Origin: the human T2T-CHM13v2.0 reference genome, Homo sapiens | DNA length: 64,000 bases | Assembly (NCBI RefSeq): GCF_009914755.1 | Contig: NC_060925.1 | Direction: 5' to 3' (one strand) | In this document: piece after piece, positions 57,591 to 64,000 of the stretch | How the letters are laid out: every line of letters begins with the position of its first letter | Position numbering within the stretch: the first letter of the stretch is position 1 | Translations under genes and position numbers: made by a program | The notes under the pieces: generated by a model | Databases searched by the model: none | The model's input: the letters and a program-made list of their open reading frames with translations, nothing else | Told to the model about the DNA's origin: nothing

Positions 57591-57900
57591 CTGGATGGAA
57601 CAGAGTGAAATAAATGATTTACAAAGAGATATTTACATTCATCTGGTTTAGACTTAATATGCCACAACGCACCACGACCTTCCCAGGGTGACACCGCCTC
57701 AGCCTGCAGTGGGGCTGGTCCTCATCAACGCGGGCGCTGTCCCCGCACGCAGTCGGGCTGGAGCTGGAGTCTGACTCTAGCTGAGCAGAGCTCCTGGTGT
57801 ATGTTTTCAGAAATGGCTTGAAGTTATGTGTTTAAATCTGCTCATTCGTATGCTAGGTTATACATATGATTTTCAATAAATGAACTTTTTAAAGACTTGA
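57590..57900 (+). other. SDCCAG8: SDCCAG8 3'UTR (end approximate)
   Basis: Follows TGA 57587-89; AATAAA at 57875-57880 followed by GU/U-rich sequence (gttgtaatgtttccttttt) at ~57901-57919. Confidence 0.85.
57875..57880 (+). terminator. SDCCAG8: SDCCAG8 main poly(A) signal AATAAA (proximal candidate also at 57609-57614)
   Basis: Canonical hexamer with a downstream GU/U-rich element about 20-40 nt later. Confidence 0.8.
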
Positions 57901-60900
57901 GTTGTAATGTTTCCTTTTTATCTTGTAGTGATGAACAAAACACACCAAAAAGGCACATATTTTAACTAGGCCAAAGTATATTAAGGACCAAACTTTTTTT
58001 CCTGCCATTCATTTTTCTTTTCATGATCTATATATCAATCATCCTTCACCTTTAATCAATGTCCCATCAGACTCCATTTTATTTATTTATCGTCCTACTT
58101 TGTGCACAATCAATCAATCAGGAGACACCAGGAAGCACTATGCATTACTCTTTCCATTCTGTTAAACAACGAAAACAGACAAAAAAGCATCTTTGGCTCG
58201 GTGGTGTCAGATTTTTTTCTTCAATACGCAGTATTTGAGAGGAGCCTAAAAACGTACTTAGTGAAATTAGAAAATTTACTTAGAGTATATCAAATATCTG
58301 TACACAGATAATTATTTGTCTAAAATAGTATTTCTACTATACACAATTAAGCCCTCAAATGCTTTAAAGTAATAAAAACGGACACTGGACATACCGTGTT
58401 GTATCTGAGAATGACAAACACTAAAGGCAAGGCTGCAGTTAGTTAGGACAGGTCCCTGACCTTCGGCTGCCCTGCCTGGCCAGCGAGCCATCATCCTCAT
58501 CACCATCTCAACACAGAGCTGATGTCACCATATGCTCAGCCTTGCCTCTCAGAAGTGATGTGGATTAGGCTTTGGAGGCGGTGGCATGATCTACACACAG
58601 AGACCATTTGAATCTCTTGAGCATGTAAAAGGTTCAAGCCTGAAACAGTAGAACTTCTATTCAGATTCAGAAGTTTTTTATTTCATCAAATGTGCTAGAC
58701 ATAAAGGCTGTCACATAAGATATTTTAATTGTCCTTAATTCTGTTTTAGATATACTGTGAATAAATTATACAATATTCTAAAAATAGCACCTTTAAAGAA
58801 TTATAGAGGTCACTTTTTTTTAGCCTCCTGGATCTGTCAACCCCAGTGGTTTTGAGAGAAGAGCACATGTGAGAATGCCCTCAAATTTGGCCGTGTGACA
58901 TACACATACATGCTTGACTCACTCTGGTCCCAAAAGCCATTCCTCTGTCTGGCTTCGTCACAGGAGCAAAGCCAAGTTTCTACAATAGTAGCTTTATGAG
59001 GTAAAATCAGAAAAAGGCCCCATCCAGAATGATTCAACGTGAAGTCAGACTGCAGTCCAGCCATCCTACCCATCTACATCACCCACGTCTAAGTTTGTTA
59101 ATTTGCCATGACATGTTGTTAGAAATACACTCTAAGAAAGGAAATATGCAGAGCAGTACATTATCAGGAAGACGTTAATGAAAAGCTACATTCCTTCAGA
59201 TTCTGGGTCCAAACCGTGTGTTGTATAGATGATTCGGGTCTGAATGTCCCCAGGGTCTGAGACCTCCTTCATCCCTGGCTTCACAGTACATCCATCCTAA
59301 ATCCAGTGCTGAGAGGTCAGCGTTTCCCCTCAGAAGCAGCCGTTCATCAAAGTTTGCACAACCGCACTACTGCCATTTCACTGAAGTAAAAATGATCCCC
59401 TATGTGTGTGTGTGTGAGCTACAAGGAATTATTTCTATATTTTCCTGTCACATTTTATACAAGGTAGGTTAATACCAGCTGGGGCTATTAAAAATCATGT
59501 TTTCATTAAAGAAGATTTAATTTGGGGGGATTATAGAACCACATCCAACAACAATAAACAGAGAAGTAGCAGATTGACATAGTGCTTTATTTAAGCTGTC
59601 TGTACGAAGGAAAATCATGTTCATCCCTATCATATACGTGTAAAAATACTAAGGATGTACAGTGTACAAAAACAGTTTCTCCTAGTTATTCCACATCCTT
59701 GTGGGTCATATACTTCAGGAAATAGACAGGTTTAGTATGACCAACAGTAATAGTAATACAGTTTCTTGGGTTTATAGTTGCATCTGCTTAAAATCCTTAA
59801 CCAGATGACTAGATCTTGCGCAGATCTAATGAAAGAACTAGCAAGGTCAAGAAATGTCACAAACTATAAAGCTACAGGGAGGTAATTCAATTACCAATTT
59901 AGAGGTTTTCTTTTTATTTAAATAAATACTTTACATTTCATGCTTGCCTGTAATGCACTACCAGGAGCAAGATAAGGAAATTCTACTGTAGACAGTACAA
60001 ACAGTAGCAGCAAAGTGTGTATGTTGAGGTGTAATAGAGAGACCCTGCAGTTAGTAAGGAAGGCCCTTACTTTTGTACTCTAGGAGAAGCAAGTGGCCCC
60101 TGCAAGAACAGTCAGCTTTAAGAAGCTGGAAATCAGGGATGGGAAATGGAAAACAATACTTGAATAATGCTATGTAATTAGTGTAGAAAGCAAAGCTGAG
60201 CGCGACCCTGCCAACCATCTAAGCAGAAATGGCCAATTTCCTCCAAGATGGCTGCATTATGACAAGAAGTCAAGCTTCATGACAGTTAGTATGGGCTGGA
60301 GTCTGCAAAGTCTGAACTGTATTCTCATAGAATGATTCCAGGTTTCAGGGTGTTCCACCTGCCAGAACCCAAAACTACAACTATGGGCGACACAAGGGAA
60401 GTTTTAGAAATCTCCCTCTACACGCATTTCTGGTTTTCTATTATTCCTCCATGGCAGCTGACAGATCTGGAAGTGAAAATAGGGGATTCTCAAAATCAAA
60501 GCCAAGAAGACACCTTGTGTGACACCAATGGAGTCTCAGAGGGTGGAATAGAAGTGACTGAGCCCCAGGCATGGCTGGGAACTGAGAGCCAGTGTGAGGA
60601 GTGGCCCGCCTGGGGCAATGTCAGTGCCAGTCATTAATCTTTAAGAAGTGTCCTTGGCCAAGGTCATGGGAATCACTTTAAGATTTGCGGGAGAAAAAAC
60701 CAAAACAACAAAAAGCTGTGTGCTTAGTGTTCGGTGTCATGCTTTCCCTCTAGAGGAGTAAGTGCTCTGAACATCAGCCAGTCTCAGCTTTCTGCTCTTC
60801 CTCTCACCTGTTTCTTTCTTATATAATGGATGCAAGACAACTTAAAGAACATACCTTCTAGTCTACTTTTTTGTCAAAATGAAACATTCAACATAATTCC

Positions 60901-63052
60901 AAGTGAAAAAAAAAAGATTAGCTATGTGTGTAAGTAAGAATGAACTACCATTTACTGTAACTTCCTACTCAATACTAAGGATGAACTTCACTCAGGTAGA
61001 AATATGAAAAAGAAGGATAACGTTGATGTCTGAATATGTCTTAGCTGCCTTAGTAAAATGCCCTTTAACCCCCGTCAGTCCCAGTGGCCCACCCACTGCC
61101 AGCAGTGGTTTCATAGCTATAAATCCACACTTCCAGCGTCAAGAGGCTAAGACATCTGCATATGAATATGATTCATCCTACTTAGAAAGTCACTTGCTCT
61201 TTCATACAATGCAATCATAATACTACGTCATGCTGTAGTCTTCCGTTTGGGAGCTGTCAGAGTTTAACTAAAATACATTTCCATGATCACTCCGCGGAGT
61301 AGGATGGCCTTCTGCTTGCCGCAAGAGTGGCCCCCAGCCCCTAGGACTTCACAGGCTGCTTTGGAAATTGTCAGCTCCTAGCACCAAAGGGTTTAATCTG
61401 AAGATCATCATTAATGAAGGAGAAAGATGAGGTTTGCATACATGCCCCCTTTCAGTGAGAAATGTTGGAATCTGGGGGACATGAGTATATACAGAAAAAG
61501 AAAAGCTGGAGGTGTTCTCTTTTTTTGTTGTTTTTTCCCTGATGGCTTAATTCAGTGATAAATGTACCATGATCCCAAGAAACACACCAGGTTCTTAGCC
61601 TTCACTGCCCATTTCCTAAATACTCAAGATGTGTTCATTTTGCCACGTAAAGATCATTTCTTATCTTCACTCAGGTCTCAATTTTCTTCATTACTTTTTG
61701 TTGCCAGGTCATCATAACGTTTCAAATTCTTAAATGAGCAAACGTCAACAGCTATTTGTTTCATTAACCCCTTGGCATGCATAGTTGGGGATTTTCTCAT
61801 TTTCAGTACCAAGGGGTTAAATGGCAGCATCTCTTCTCCCAAAGCCAAATTCTAACCAATATATTCCATTTCAGAGCCTTATCATTTTTTTTAACAGAGG
61901 AGAAAAAGTGCATGATTCTCATCAGCGTGTACAATCCTTGCACATGGGTCAAAAGTAACTGCAGTAAGTCTATTTTATATAAGTTGGAGCTGCGTTTGCT
62001 AACATGACATACAATTCTCATCACTAAAAAATAAATACTACTGCAATATAAACAAAATCATAAAAGGACATTCAAAGTTTCAACATCTGAGAAAAAGCTA
62101 ATTCACGTAGAACTGAAAGTAAAAAATTAAATAAGGCAAACACCTGTTTACCTTGGTGTAGAAATTTTGGTGAAAAGCAGTATCATTATACCTGTCTACA
62201 TTCTTCAGCCATCAGAGGTGATAAATGTCAAGAAGGAAAAAAGGTTTCCAAGCACAGGGGAAAGATGCTCTCTGGCTCAAATTGTTTCATAAGACCCTTT
62301 AAGTGACCTTGACTGTGCATATGCCTTCAGTTCTTGGTAGAACAGTGTTCACTTGCTCATGATTGCCCGTGAAGTCTCGACATCCACATGTGATATGGGC
62401 TTCTTCTACAGTATCCACCAGGAATTTAAAAAAAAAAAATTATATATATATATATATATCCCAACAGTTGTTCAGTCCTTCTACCAAATGCTTCCTAATC
62501 AATTCCAGCCACAGCTTAGTGATATATGCCTACTTCACGCACGGATCTGATGTGCTTTACATATGCACGCCACCACCCTTCCACAATTGCTTGTTCTGAA
62601 TTTATAAACTAAATCTTCTTAGTCTAGTTAGTTTTTCTCTTCTAGAAAGTTAAAAAATGTACCTAGAATCAGTGTATCTCATTTAGCCTTCACTGAGGGA
62701 AAAACTAAAAGATCAAAAGATGATAATTGGTGCACAAATGAACAATGGTGGGCTCATGACTTCCAAAGGTTGGAAAATTACTTCTTAAAGTTGCTATAAT
62801 AGTAAGACAGTAGCAGCAACAGCATGAGACCTTAGACTGAGATACAATTTCATGCAAAAACAAAAACTGGAGTGTATTTGCGTGTATGTGTGTTTTCATG
62901 AGGGTGAAAGGTGGCGAGGGGTGAGGACCCTTGGCTGGTCTGGGATGTCGGAAGGTGCCCCTGCTATGTGTAAGAGCTAGGACTGGTGATGTCCAGGAAT
63001 CATTTTCAGTAATAAATTGAAGATGACAGTGAAGTAGCAGAATGAAAGAGAC

Positions 63053-63138
63053 TTATTCTCGTCCACTTGCAGAGTAGGAAAATTGAGGGAAATGCGGCCG
63101 CCTCTCATTGTCCATGCAGTCCATACCATCCTCATCAT
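63053..63138 (-). CDS. AKT3: AKT3 (PKB-gamma) canonical last coding exon: (Y)[27 protein letters not shown]
   Basis: Minus-strand acceptor tttcctgcccacAG| (plus ct 63139-40); 2 nt plus 28 codons to TAA (63055-53); AGC-kinase hydrophobic motif FPQFSY with the Ser472 codon at 63077-79. Confidence 0.98.
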
Positions 63139-64000
63139 CTGTGGGCAGGAAACATCTATTTTAATTTTACACATTCATTTTTTGCAACATTATCTCTAGT
63201 CTATGTTTTTTAAACTCTGAACATAGGAAAGATGAACAGAGGCAATAGCTCCCATAAACTTGTGTTCATCAATAAGCTGTAGAGTAATTATACTTCAAAA
63301 ATCATCTGATTTTCATAAATACATAGTCTATGAAGAAATAATACTATAGAATCATCTCTAAGACATCAAAATTTCAAGACTCAATGAAACAGTGAAAAAA
63401 ATGGTATTGAAGAAAACAGAAGTTTTTAAGAAGGAGCAGTCTTCAGTAACCTTTCATTTCATGTAACCACATATATCAAAACTGCAAGTCAGTGAAATCC
63501 ACAGCATCCAAAGTCTGTATAGAATTCATCATCGAATGTCTTCAAGTGCTTATATTTTTTCTTTGTGATGCTTTAAGTGCAACTGCAAAATAAAGCTTCT
63601 TATGAAATTTCATTCAACATCTAGCATCTGGCTTAACTCACCTTTCCCAATTTCCCTATGATAAAACTTTAGCATGAAGGGACTAAGTGAAAGAAAAAGA
63701 GGGAAGGATGTCAACATCTGAGTCCTAGCTCATCAGGAAACAATGGAAGAGACTTGAAAGGCATCAAAACAGGCCGCTGACAATCACAGTGTTCCTCCTG
63801 TCAGCTTTCCTGGTTTCCTGTATTTCAAAGATCACAGATGATCAGCACCCTGTTCTCATAAATGTCCTGTGATGACAGTCCTGTGCTGTTGGAAGCTCTT
63901 CCTGGTATGTGGCCACGTGGTCAGCCACTCAGTCAACATGCGCTCCCACGCATCTGCTCTGGGCTGAGCACCCGTCAGGCCCAAGGACCGCAGAACTTTG
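63139..64000 (-). other. AKT3: AKT3 intron upstream of the last canonical exon
   Basis: Upstream (on minus) of the 63139-40 acceptor; no further AKT3 coding sequence recognised. Confidence 0.9.

Larger units (their letters stand above)
57525..63052 (-). other. AKT3: AKT3 long 3'UTR (~5.5 kb; distal end approximate)
   Basis: AT-rich, no Alu, many miRNA seed matches; ends after the minus-strand AATAAA at 57548-57543; AKT3 is known to have a long 3'UTR overlapping SDCCAG8. Confidence 0.85.

Overview
Primate (human-like) genomic DNA, recognised as the convergent, overlapping 3' ends of SDCCAG8 (+ strand) and AKT3 (- strand), human chr1q43-q44. The first ~46.8 kb is one long SDCCAG8 intron (intron 16 in the canonical numbering, from memory). 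It holds about 18 Alus across the window, MIR/L2/L1/MER fragments, a 1.3-kb (GGAT)n repeat and two CpG islands. SDCCAG8 contributes its last two coding exons (46816-46942 and 57560-57589, ending ...RLRTQ|LPSMPQSDC*). AKT3 contributes its canonical last coding exon (63138-63053, ...[12 protein letters not shown], hydrophobic motif Ser472), a ~5.5-kb 3'UTR, an alternative coding exon (57590-57547, CQQSDCGMLGNWKK*) and a probable distal non-coding terminal exon (~46252-46040). The most striking structure is an ~80-bp element at 57535-57614. Both strands are protein-coding there, and both encode QSDC from one palindrome. Each gene's AATAAA lies inside the other gene's polypyrimidine tract, and the AKT3 stop codon, poly(A) signal and a GTAAGT donor are stacked within 15 nt. 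No prokaryotic systems, CRISPR arrays, tRNA or rRNA genes were found. Almost all ORFs in the supplied track are spurious.
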